Shown piece by piece: positions 54,717-64,000 of a DNA stretch of 64,000 bases. The notes under the pieces were generated by a model. The model had not been told where the DNA came from and did not search any database. It saw only the letters and a program-made list of their open reading frames with translations. This DNA comes from an uncultured Nitrososphaerales archaeon (lineage in GTDB: Archaea > Thermoproteota > Nitrososphaeria > Nitrososphaerales > Nitrososphaeraceae): NCBI GenBank assembly GCA_963841565.1, contig CAWJCY010000012.1:32001-96000 (forward strand), given 5' to 3'. Position 1 is the stretch's first letter, and every line of letters starts with the position of its first letter. The translations under genes were made by a program, and so were the position numbers.

Positions 54717-54900
54717 GGCCTTAGATTATTGACTGCCGCTCCAGGTCGAAGGCGGCAATTGCCAGACCATAGGTGCTTCGGATCCCGGATACAGTAAGAA
54801 AGCAATTCAAGCTGACCGTAGAATCTCGTTGAATGGTACTCGTGAATGGACTAAAATCAATAGCACATAACATGCTACATGCGCGATATTCACGACGTAA

Positions 54901-55599
54901 CTAGAATGGAAATATTTCTCCAGTATCCTCTGATCTGCCTTTCTGTCTGCTCTTGGACGGCCCAAGATCTGGTAATTTGTCTTCCATGTTCACTTCCACT
55001 ACAGCTGAGGCCTCTTCCATGATTTTCGTAATTTCTGCACCATCCGTCCCTATCGGATCGAGATTAGCTATACCATTGCCTTGCAAAGATGAGTCTGAAT
55101 ATGTACTATTTAGTATATCCCCCAGTGATTCCGAAATCTGTGAAAGCGAATGGTCTGCGGTAGGAATGACCGAAGAAAGACCACCTCGCAAATCTTTGAT
55201 CACAGAAGTGGTCGGAGTTAACGTTGATGCAACGTCTCCTAATTCAGTAACTGTTTCAAGTCTCAGTCTTACTTGTTCTGTTGTCAGCATGGTAGATTTG
55301 ACTACTTTGTTTATCTTGCGTATTTGAGAGAGTTCATTTGAAAGTGATTTTGCATAATTTGTTTCATGGCTCTGTACTGCTTCTACAACATTGTTAAAGA
55401 TCTGTTTGTCACGCTGCTTTAGTCTTCCAGAAAACGCGTCCATTTTGGAGATTTGCACCTGGAGCTTTCGATGTGCTTGCTCTAGTCGAGGTTTTAGAGG
55501 TTCTGCAGATCGTAAGCTCTCTCTGATCTTATTCTTAAGGTCACCTGAAGCCTTGCTCTTTTTCTTTTCTGGTCCACTCCATCTATCAAAGAAAGACAT
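54901..55599 (-). CDS. cdvB: ESCRT-III / Snf7 (CdvB paralogue)
   Basis: PLKPRLE, L.QRDK.IF..VV, NELSQIRK, EQV.LRLETV.ELGD, KIMEEA...VE..LPDL; start MSFFDRW. Confidence 0.88.
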   Translation of the reverse strand: MSFFDRWSGPEKKKSKASGDLKNKIRESLRSAEPLKPRLEQAHRKLQVQISKMDAFSGRLKQRDKQIFNNVVEAVQSHETNYAKSLSNELSQIRKINKVVKSTMLTTEQVRLRLETVTELGDVASTLTPTTSVIKDLRGGLSSVIPTADHSLSQISESLGDILNSTYSDSSLQGNGIANLDPIGTDGAEITKIMEEASAVVEVNMEDKLPDLGPSKSRQKGRSEDTGEIFPF

Positions 55600-55742
55600 T
55601 CCGACTAGAGTTCTGTTACATACACACTTAATTTTACCATGTATCAAGAATATTTGTTAAGAAGGTGAACTGAATCTCGTTTCTACATTTTGCTTATTGC
55701 TATGAGATTAAAACCCATAAAACAAGCAATATTAGAGTTAGG

Positions 55743-55943
55743 CTAATGCTTAAAAAAGACCTCCATATAGCCGCACATTGAACAGATAAAAAGAGTGTAG
55801 TTACTGTACTTCTTCATAATGCTTGGAAGGTACTTTTCTATTGATATTGTCGGCTTTAATGGGATCGGTAACGGTACCTTTTTTGGAATGGCTTGGGTTT
55901 CTTCTTCAAACTTTCCTTGGCATTTTGGACAAACCTTCGACAT
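55743..55943 (-). CDS. Small zinc-ribbon protein
   Basis: CPKC ... CSMCGYMEVF. Confidence 0.75.
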   Translation of the reverse strand: MSKVCPKCQGKFEEETQAIPKKVPLPIPLKPTISIEKYLPSIMKKYSNYTLFICSMCGYMEVFFKH

Positions 55944-56325
55944 GCATAGGAATTACCGCGTGGAATAATTACGTGTTTCTCACCGATAAGAAGCGATATC
56001 ACTAACAATCAGAATGCGTCTAGCGGAGTTTTTAAGTAAACATGGGGGCATTAAGATTACTGAGACTACTTAGAACTGAGTAATACTCTAATTAGACCCT
56101 TTGTTCACTAAAATGAGAGCAAAAAAAGTTAATAAAATATGGGAACGATCCTCTACGTGATAAATGCTCTTCAAATGACTTTCCCACTTGTATTTATGAA
56201 TGCACTAAATTGTGAAGTAATGGAAATTTGAATACGAGTCTGAACAAATGAAGTATTCGTCCCTTGACAAAAGACTTGCAAAATTACACTAAATATCTCA
56301 AAAATAAGACTCGCATTTCCTAGGT

Positions 56326-56589
56326 CTAGGCGTCTAGATACCTAACAAATCCACTTCCCAGGCAAGTCTCACATCTGTCATTCGTCATTGTCGCAACAGT
56401 CCCACCCATGTTAGTCTTGATGCATACTCTCGAGGGCGAAAACACGTAACCTGTTCCAAAACACAAACTGCATCTTAACCACGCGTCGGGTATCTTACCT
56501 CTTGAAAGTTTTTTGGGATTGCTCATAGGCACTGACAGATCCCTTAGGGTACGAACGCATAAAAATATACGGGTATCCAGCAAAATCAA
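56326..56589 (-). CDS. Small protein with two DnaJ-type CxxCxGxG motifs
   Basis: CSLCFGTG and CETCLGSG; true start probably later (MSNPK). Confidence 0.65.
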   Translation of the reverse strand: MILLDTRIFLCVRTLRDLSVPMSNPKKLSRGKIPDAWLRCSLCFGTGYVFSPSRVCIKTNMGGTVATMTNDRCETCLGSGFVRYLDA

Positions 56590-56755
56590 AGAACTTAATG
56601 AAATGAATTTGATATTAGATTAGAATGTAGCAAAGACTAGTGAGTCTTTTGTCAGCTGTCAGTCACCATTGTTTCTTCCAAATAATTTTGAGATTGCCTC
56701 AATTGCTTCTGATAATGGTGTTCCTTGTTCGGCTAGGGGCTCCTCTCCAACTATG

Positions 56756-58369
56756 TTATCTTCTGATTGGTTTTGAGGGATCTGCCCATCCGTACTCTCT
56801 AGCTGACTCGATAGAAGATCCATTTCCAGGAACTGTCACTCGCTCTGCCAACTGTTCACCATCTTGTTTTTCAGTTGTAGTAAAGTTTGTACTTTGCTCG
56901 CCTGACATGTTGCCAGATCTGGATGTATTACGTAAGGTTTCGTCACTTCCTGGACCCTGTACCGGACCAGTCGAAAGTTTGTCTGCAGGGACCGATGAGG
57001 TTTGATCTGGAGATTCAGCAGTGCTGAGATTATTGGTCAAGGAAATGTTAGGCTCAAGCAAGCTGTCATTATCAATTGACTTGATCAGATTTTCAATTGC
57101 ATTGGCAGTTTTTGTCCCGGTTTCGTTGGATGAAGGAAGTTGAGACTTCTCGTTGAAAAACTCGATAAGGAGGCCTGCCAGAGGTCCGGGCTGCTCTTCA
57201 GGGATCCAATGGCCTGAGGAAGGCATTATTATTGCAGAGACATTGTTTGCTAATCGTCTTGCCGAGTCTAGGCTATAATTCGGTTTAGTGTCGCCACCCC
57301 CAAAAGGTGAAACTTCCCCAGATACTGCTAAAATTGGTAAGGTGAGATTTGATCTTGATGTTTCATTATTCATTATTGCATCGATAGAAGAAGCCCTGAA
57401 ATATTCAAATCCTGAACGCATACCCCCGGGAGTTGAATATTGCCTCACATATTCATCAATGGCCGCCTCGTCGATAGAGTATGGATTGTACGCCAACTGT
57501 CTGTAGAACCATGACAAATACTCACGTTCGTTTCCACCAACAAGAGCCTCGGGCAAGTCCAATGCTCTATGAAATGAAAACCACCAAGGTTCAGCAAACG
57601 ATTCATTGGTAAAGAGACCGGGAAACACATAATCTATCACAACAAGTTTGCTAACATTGCCTGGATGAGCTGTAGCGTAAGAATACGCTGTCTGAGCCCC
57701 TATATCATGACCTACTAAGTAGGCAGTGTTAAAACCCAGACCAGACACCAGCTGATATATGTCAGAGGCCGTCGTATTTCCATCGTATCCACTTGCGGGT
57801 TTAGACGTGTCTCCCAAGCCTCTCAAATCGGGTACTATTACGGTAAAGTTGTTCTTAGCTAGTACCGGCATCAAGCCTCTCCATTCGTACCATGTTTGGG
57901 GCCATCCGTGCAACAACACAATTGGGTCACCGTCTCCGCCCATTACATAGTGCATTGTAATGCCATTTACGTCATCTCGGTAATGTTTGAACGAGACATT
58001 ATCGAGCATAAAATATTCAGAACTGACACTGGGGTCATTAGGATTACCATCTTGAGTGCCGTTAACTGTCCGAGTGGAGTTACCAGTATTAGTAGCAAGT
58101 TCATCTAATACCTTCAGTGCATCAGAAGATGAGGACGATACTTGCGATATGGTGGCATTCTGAAGTATCATAGCTGTGCCGTCTCTATGGGGACTGGCTT
58201 CGACTACCTCTCTATCATCGAGAGATGAGAAGAGAGGTGTCTGATATGGGAATTTTTGATCTTGGTTAGTCTGCGCGATCCCCAGATTTGCGTCTGCAAT
58301 AGAGAAACTAATGAAAAAGAGAACAAAAAACACTGGTATATGTCCAAGGCAATAATGGAAATTACGCAT
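56756..58369 (-). CDS. Secreted alpha/beta hydrolase (epoxide-hydrolase-like) with S/T-rich linkers
   Basis: LHGWPQ, PDLRGLG, VGHDIGA, GHWIPEEQP; hydrophobic helix after MRNF (start moved to 58369). Confidence 0.88.
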   Translation of the reverse strand: MRNFHYCLGHIPVFFVLFFISFSIADANLGIAQTNQDQKFPYQTPLFSSLDDREVVEASPHRDGTAMILQNATISQVSSSSSDALKVLDELATNTGNSTRTVNGTQDGNPNDPSVSSEYFMLDNVSFKHYRDDVNGITMHYVMGGDGDPIVLLHGWPQTWYEWRGLMPVLAKNNFTVIVPDLRGLGDTSKPASGYDGNTTASDIYQLVSGLGFNTAYLVGHDIGAQTAYSYATAHPGNVSKLVVIDYVFPGLFTNESFAEPWWFSFHRALDLPEALVGGNEREYLSWFYRQLAYNPYSIDEAAIDEYVRQYSTPGGMRSGFEYFRASSIDAIMNNETSRSNLTLPILAVSGEVSPFGGGDTKPNYSLDSARRLANNVSAIIMPSSGHWIPEEQPGPLAGLLIEFFNEKSQLPSSNETGTKTANAIENLIKSIDNDSLLEPNISLTNNLSTAESPDQTSSVPADKLSTGPVQGPGSDETLRNTSRSGNMSGEQSTNFTTTEKQDGEQLAERVTVPGNGSSIESAREYGWADPSKPIRR

Positions 58370-58738
58370 TCGTTCCCGTATCTCCAGAATATTATTATAA
58401 ACAAGACGATCACTCTGCATGCACTTCCCATCCAAAAAAATTTCACCCAAATCCCGGCAAGTATTTTCGCAGTTGCGAATCGCAATTGATTCAACGGTCA
58501 GGTCAATCAATTTTAAATGAACTTCATTGACAACTATGTAGCCCATTCTGCGGCGAGCACAGCTGTACTTTGCACAACGGTACATTGGTAAAAATTGAAT
58601 GTACCACTAGGTTCGAAAAACAGAGCTCACTCAATATGCAAATATCTAAGCTCCTCACAATTCGCAAATGCGAATGGAAATTTCATTAGATGTTATATTG
58701 TTGAATTGTCAATCATAGACAAGAAGGCCTTGAAATAG

Positions 58739-58941
58739 TTGGCTTGTAAGGGGATATGCACTAGATACAAGGCACAGAAGTCCATAGGGTAGGTCGATAT
58801 GCGAATGGACAGAAGAGATGACAGATTTGTGGGTTATTTCTCGAGTGGAGCGGGTTATGGTGTCCCTGTTGTGGATACCGACTTAGAGGAAGGCCGAGGA
58901 ATGTAAAATATAAGGCGAAATTACGAGGAGACGAAGGATAG
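58739..58941 (+). pseudogene. Small Cys-rich zinc-finger gene with a frameshift and an in-frame TGA (not in ORF track)
   Basis: MACKGICTRYKAQKSIG / GRYANGQKR*QICGLFLEWSGLWCPCCGYRLRGRPRN..*. Confidence 0.75.
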
Positions 58942-59395
58942 GCATTAGTCGCAAGGAAAAAGTTATTTTACTCCATGAGTTTCTAGTTCATAGCAGGGAA
59001 AACCAACAATGATATGAGTTGAGGTCATTGCAATTGATACCCTATTACTATACTCGAAATGGTGATTTCGGTCCACCGCTGCAATCAAGCAATCCCTTGT
59101 TCTTAATACTCACATATTCAATATTTAAATGGCACCGATTTAGATCTAGTCCTAAGTGTCAATTATCGGGTGCACGCATCGATTGCAGAATGGGATTATC
59201 CCTCTTGTGCCACAGGTTTCATACACTTATCGAACAAAATGATAATAACCTGTGTTTTTTTGGTACAAGTCGTGTTTTGAGTGTCGTCAACTTCATAGTT
59301 CACGAATATACTTCAAATCTCCTATTAATGCGATTCTAATGGATAAAATTATAACTCAGTTGGAATTAAGGAAAAATGAGGGGTTCAGGTGGATA

Positions 59396-59842
59396 ATGCT
59401 ATTTACTAAAGTTGGAACTGTGATACTTCTGGTGTCGGATATGGAAAGATCAGTGAAATTCTATAAAGAATTGCTCGGGCTGCCAGTTAAGACTAAGTCC
59501 GAATCTCCAGATTGGGTTGAATTTTTTAATCGAGAAACAACCTTGTCTTTACATGCGATAAAAAAGGGTAAGGGTAGTAGTAATGTCGCCGGCAAGGACA
59601 CTAAATTGGGGACAGGAACCCTAGTTGGGTTCATGGTTAGCGATATTGACGCTACAGTTCAATTTCTGAAAGAAAATAACGTTCGGTTTTTCAAAGAGCC
59701 CAGGGAAGAGCCTTTTGGCAAGCATGCAATAGTAGAAGATCCCGATGGTCATTTGATCTCGATTGCTCAACTTAAGAGAACCGCAGCAGCAGCATCAGAG
59801 GCAGAAGAATTCGATCTGCTAGGTTTGCTTGGAGCAGAATAG
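59396..59842 (+). CDS. VOC/glyoxalase family protein
   Basis: VSDMERSVKFY..LLGL, F.VSDID, EDPDGH. Confidence 0.88.
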   Translation: MLFTKVGTVILLVSDMERSVKFYKELLGLPVKTKSESPDWVEFFNRETTLSLHAIKKGKGSSNVAGKDTKLGTGTLVGFMVSDIDATVQFLKENNVRFFKEPREEPFGKHAIVEDPDGHLISIAQLKRTAAAASEAEEFDLLGLLGAE

Positions 59843-59945
59843 AAAAAAATATCCGAGTAATTCAAAATACTCTCATCCCAGCCTTGAATTTAATCATACA
59901 TCCATTCAACAAGTCTTATTAGATGCATCTTTGTACTATTAGACA

Positions 59946-60296
59946 ATGGATTACAAATCTATTCACGAAAAAATAATAAATCTGGATCCGAAAATTAGGT
60001 TGGTCACCATATGTGACCTGAATGGTAAAATTATGCACTCCGATCACCGACAAGGAGTCGAGAACCTGCTGTCCCCAGAAGAAAGTAAAAAATCCTTGGA
60101 ATTGGCTGTCAATGCTTGGAAGACCAGGAGCACTCTTCAGTCCAAGATAGGTAAAGGTAAATACGTTCTAGCCGAATACGAGAAGATTAAAAGAATAACG
60201 ATGCCGTTAGATGAAGAACATATTCTTTACATAACTACAGAGGTGGACGCTGACCATTCAAAAATAATTGATAATGCGATGAGAGTGGCAAAATAA
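59946..60296 (+). CDS. Roadblock/profilin-like conserved thaumarchaeal protein
   Basis: IINLDPKIR...CD.NG, GK.KY..AEYEKIKR.T.P. Confidence 0.7.
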   Translation: MDYKSIHEKIINLDPKIRLVTICDLNGKIMHSDHRQGVENLLSPEESKKSLELAVNAWKTRSTLQSKIGKGKYVLAEYEKIKRITMPLDEEHILYITTEVDADHSKIIDNAMRVAK

Positions 60297-60449
60297 ACCT
60301 CACGTCCTTGACTTTTTCAAATTAAATAGTAGTTCTAAAGACATCTCCTAGTTCAGATGAATTTTGTTTTTCAAAAAAATACCTGAATTTCGCTATTTAC
60401 TTAAATATGATGAATCTCTTTATGAAAGAGCAGAGGTAGAGATTAAAAA

Positions 60450-60827
60450 GTGGGATTTGGGTCTTTTTTTAAGAAGAAGAAAAAGGATGTAGAGAAGAGT
60501 GTAGGCGATGTTGAGAACATGATTAAGAAAGAAGTTCTCCCCGAGAATGAACTGGAAAAAATGGATCACTCATTCACTGCAGAAAAGGCCGACCTTGAAA
60601 ACGCGAAAAAAGGATCCGGTGAGACTAATCCATTGCAGGCTGACGAAGATAATCGGCTTGGAGGTAGCAGCCGCTCTTCAAATCCCGAACCCGTGATTTC
60701 TCAAACGACTGTCAAAGAGGTTACCGTGAATATCGATTCTGAGCTATTGCGTAAGGCTCAAGCAAGAGGAATTGATTTGTCCAATACCTTGGAAGAGCAG
60801 CTAAGAAGAATAGTGTCTGGTGCTTAA
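60450..60827 (+). CDS. Hypothetical protein with C-terminal CcdA-like ribbon-helix-helix
   Basis: EVTVNIDSELLRKAQARGIDLSNTLEEQLR. Confidence 0.6.
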   Translation: MGFGSFFKKKKKDVEKSVGDVENMIKKEVLPENELEKMDHSFTAEKADLENAKKGSGETNPLQADEDNRLGGSSRSSNPEPVISQTTVKEVTVNIDSELLRKAQARGIDLSNTLEEQLRRIVSGA

Positions 60828-60947
60828 CAGTTCCTTCATGCCACTCCCAAATTCGTGCAGTCTCATCCTTGCGAGTTACTTGGCTCAGTCTTGTTAAGCC
60901 ACCGTAATTTGTGAAGGCAGGGATCCAAGCTACAAGCTCTCGTCGCA

Positions 60948-61817
60948 TCAGTGGTTCTTGTCACTTATAGCTCTTTTTGAATAGTTCAAATGCCGCCTAA
61001 ATAGCCAACCGAAGAGAGGGTTTAGAAAGTACGGAAAAGTTTGCTTTAGCCACACTCCTGCACGCACATAGAAAGGAACAATTATCTCAAGTCGACTTGA
61101 GCAAGATGCTTTTAGGATTGCTTTTGAAACGGTCTGCGGCTCCAAGAAGAAACCAGCATAATTTGGCATCTTTGGGCCAAATGAAGGGTGATTAAAAAAA
61201 TTTGTTTTTACGCCGATTGGACTCACAACCGTGATTTCAACCCCCGTGCCATGTAGTTCATGATACAAGGACTCGGAGAATCCTAATATCGCGTACTTTG
61301 AAGCGGAATAACCAGCCATTCCCGCTACTCCAAAGCTTCCTGCGACGGAAGCTACATTTACAATGTGACCAGATCGCCTATTAAGCATCGGACCAAGAAA
61401 AGCCTTAGTACAATATGCAGTTCCCAGATAGTTAGTTCGCATGACCAATTCCAAGTCTTCTGCAGTTTGATCATCTAACTTACCATAGATTCCGATCCCT
61501 GCGTTATTTATCAAAATATCAATATAACCGAACCTATCAATGACTTTTTGAGCCAGCCCTGATACTTCCTTTTTGTTTGACACATCACAGCAATAAGAAA
61601 CAACTTCGACTTGGCCTTGCTGTTTGCCTCCCCTGATAATACTCTCCAACTCGGCGAGCTTTGACTCCGTTCGAGCGACTAGGATTACCACCATCGCTCC
61701 TGCCACTGCAAAATCTAATGCAGTTTGTTTGCCGATGCCATGAGAAGCGCCTGTGACGAGGACTATTTTCCCTCCGAATCTATTATGATTGTATTTCATT
61801 AAGGCTTCATAAATCAA
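60948..61817 (-). CDS. Short-chain dehydrogenase/reductase
   Basis: TGASHGIG, NNAG, YSASK. Confidence 0.95.
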   Translation of the reverse strand: MIYEALMKYNHNRFGGKIVLVTGASHGIGKQTALDFAVAGAMVVILVARTESKLAELESIIRGGKQQGQVEVVSYCCDVSNKKEVSGLAQKVIDRFGYIDILINNAGIGIYGKLDDQTAEDLELVMRTNYLGTAYCTKAFLGPMLNRRSGHIVNVASVAGSFGVAGMAGYSASKYAILGFSESLYHELHGTGVEITVVSPIGVKTNFFNHPSFGPKMPNYAGFFLEPQTVSKAILKASCSSRLEIIVPFYVRAGVWLKQTFPYFLNPLFGWLFRRHLNYSKRAISDKNH

Positions 61818-62411
61818 TGTTCTAAGATAGAAATTTAACCGTTCGTCAACGGTCGAACTTGATTCCTTTCAATGAGAGCATACGTTGTACTTTGCAATAT
61901 TAAATTAATCCAAAAAGAGCTACATTAATTCTTGAATTAATTAATTCGACCTTACCTCCGGCATTAAAAACCTCATGAACGTCATTTGGAATAAAAAATA
62001 CGCCATGATTAAGGTTATAATACATGCAAGATTAGTCTAGTATAGTGCTTTTATTTCCTTGCTTTTGTCCACGACGAACTATTAACAAGAAGAAAAAACT
62101 GAACTATGTTTTGCAAGTTCCTGTGTTCGGTTCCCTCGTTCCATATGATAGATTGGATCCAGCTTCCAAATGATAATTACAATTTTACACCGGTGTTGCA
62201 GATTTTGAAATGGCATTAAGGATTAATTTCTTCTTTTGAACTAGAATTTAGTCAATATTTCCAAACAGTGCAACCATGGTCAACATCCTAAATAAAGGAC
62301 CTCTTGAACCCAATCGCTCAATATTGTTTAAGTGGTCAGATTCTTGCCCTGAGCCTATATTTTGTGCCTCCTCCGGCGAGAAATGGTCATTTTCTAAAGT
62401 GGATGGTCCTA

Positions 62412-62834
62412 CTAATACACATACGGCTGTAGATTTGTTTCATTAGCTACGCTGAGGTAGATGTACTTTCCATCATACTCTTTTATTCTAGAAATTGGAA
62501 TAATGTACTCATTTAGTAATCTAAAACTGCCGAAATCTATGACCACTATGTTATCCCTGTATGTACAGATGACATTCCCGCATGGCATACCATCGCTTGT
62601 CTTAGCGAGAATTCCTAACTCAGATATTAACTCCCAACGCACATTCAAGTCTGACGCATGGGGGTTTCTTTCAACCTCAGTTAAGTGTGTTTTATTTAGG
62701 ATATGGTTTTCGTCTTTCAAGGGTTGTGACGCCAAGGTCTCGTCCTCATATTCGGCCATAGAATATTGTGTACCTGGACAATAACATCTTCCTATATACC
62801 TCTTTAAGATTAAAAAGATCGGATTTTTTGTCAA
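62412..62834 (-). CDS. Hypothetical protein (PRC-barrel-like C-terminus)
   Basis: KTSDG...GNV, YIIP...I..YDG..IYL; start probably MAEYE. Confidence 0.55.
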   Translation of the reverse strand: MTKNPIFLILKRYIGRCYCPGTQYSMAEYEDETLASQPLKDENHILNKTHLTEVERNPHASDLNVRWELISELGILAKTSDGMPCGNVICTYRDNIVVIDFGSFRLLNEYIIPISRIKEYDGKYIYLSVANETNLQPYVY

Positions 62835-63618
62835 ATTATTCTATGCACATTCAGATCCTTTGGATAGGTCTGGTTACGTTCGTAAATTCAAAATGGGATC
62901 TTAAATATTTCTGCAGTGAAAAGGTCAAGTATAAATCCACAATTTTTAATTTTAGACGCGAACCTGCTTATTCATAAAAATTAGGACTGGTTATATTACC
63001 CCTTTCTCCAAAAGCGATTAAATATTCTGGCATTTCAAGTTGATGACAGTCTATGAATTTGCGTTGAATATCTACCGCAACCATATTCAGCTTCTACTTT
63101 GCCGAAAAAATCTGTCATTTACCATGTCTTAACGTGGTTGCTACTTTTATACACCGGATAGTTCCTTTAAGTGTGTTATTTTATAGGCTGTAAATTTAAC
63201 TATCGAGCAAAGCCACCTATCCTGCTTATCTTATTCGTAGCAAAATAGGCTGCGCTATCATATAGGTTCGATCCACTTTTTTGATTCTTGAAACAATACA
63301 CCGCTAAATATTCTTTCAATAATAAGATATGACATAGAATACAAGCAACAATTAGCCTCCTGCGGTGATTATTCCAGAGACGGATAACCGCTAAATAGAT
63401 AAATCACTTTTCCCTCATGAATAGCAACGGCACCAAAGGGTAACATATGGGCTGGAGGATTGCTTCACCCATGAATTAGAATAATTATTGTTGTGCACTT
63501 TGAAGCTTTTAATTAACAAACAAATGTTAAAAGCAAAGAGAAGGGAAGAGAATGAAAAAATATGGGACTCAGTTTTGTCGCGGAATACTTAAAAATACCG
63601 TTAGAGATCGCAGTTGAT

Positions 63619-64000
63619 TTGAGAAAGCGGCAAGATAGGAGCAATCAAGCTCAGGAAAAATTGTCACAAGGTTCTCAACCTAGTGGGACAGAAACTTTTC
63701 AATATTATGAAAACTCAACTATGAATAGTGGTACTATTCCGCTATCACCAACGCTTTCGGAATATATAGAAAGGCGGTTCATACCAACGTTGTACTGGTA
63801 TCAAAATAAAGCCAGATCAAATTCTATGAAATTCAATATCTGGAAAATTGTAATAATATCATCTGCATTGTTTGTGGCAATTCTAAATGCTTTAGCTCTG
63901 GGTTTGACTAACCAGAATGTCAACAACCCGCTGGTAACTCTTGCATCTGCCGTCGCAGCTATAGTTATCTTGACATCATTCGCCTACTTTCAAGCATCAA
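63619..64000 (+). CDS. DUF4231/SLATT-like 2-TM protein, runs off the window end
   Basis: Open frame from TTG 63619: YIERRF...YWYQNKARSN followed by two hydrophobic helices. Confidence 0.65.
   Translation, partial: MRKRQDRSNQAQEKLSQGSQPSGTETFQYYENSTMNSGTIPLSPTLSEYIERRFIPTLYWYQNKARSNSMKFNIWKIVIISSALFVAILNALALGLTNQNVNNPLVTLASAVAAIVILTSFAYFQAS

Overview
Chromosomal window most consistent with a soil-type ammonia-oxidising archaeon (Nitrososphaeraceae). This is inferred from AOA-type urease genes, Amt/P-II, a cupredoxin, an ESCRT-III (CdvB) paralogue, aIF2alpha-nop10, PQQ beta-propeller proteins and many secreted N/T-rich proteins. The left 25 kb is a nitrogen-acquisition region: an isochorismatase-family amidohydrolase, amt-glnK, a minus-strand urease operon, a UT urea channel, an internally deleted DUR3-USP fusion pseudogene and a divergent Lrp regulator. 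The urease operon reads ureA-B-C, a divergent chaperonin, an unknown ~137-aa gene, then ureE-F-G-D. The rest holds housekeeping genes (ParB-like, two DHS paralogues, an MtrA-like corrinoid protein beside cobO, a glycosylation cluster, prpB-like, RNase HI) and a loosely packed accessory region with several small Zn-finger ORFs missing from the ORF track. About ten genes, including ureC and ureD, carry single-base frameshifts that look like consensus errors. The best candidate for an under-described system is the chaperonin plus unknown protein inside the urease maturation operon. No CRISPR array, rRNA, tRNA or transposase was recognised. All family calls come from motif recognition by eye, not from database searches.
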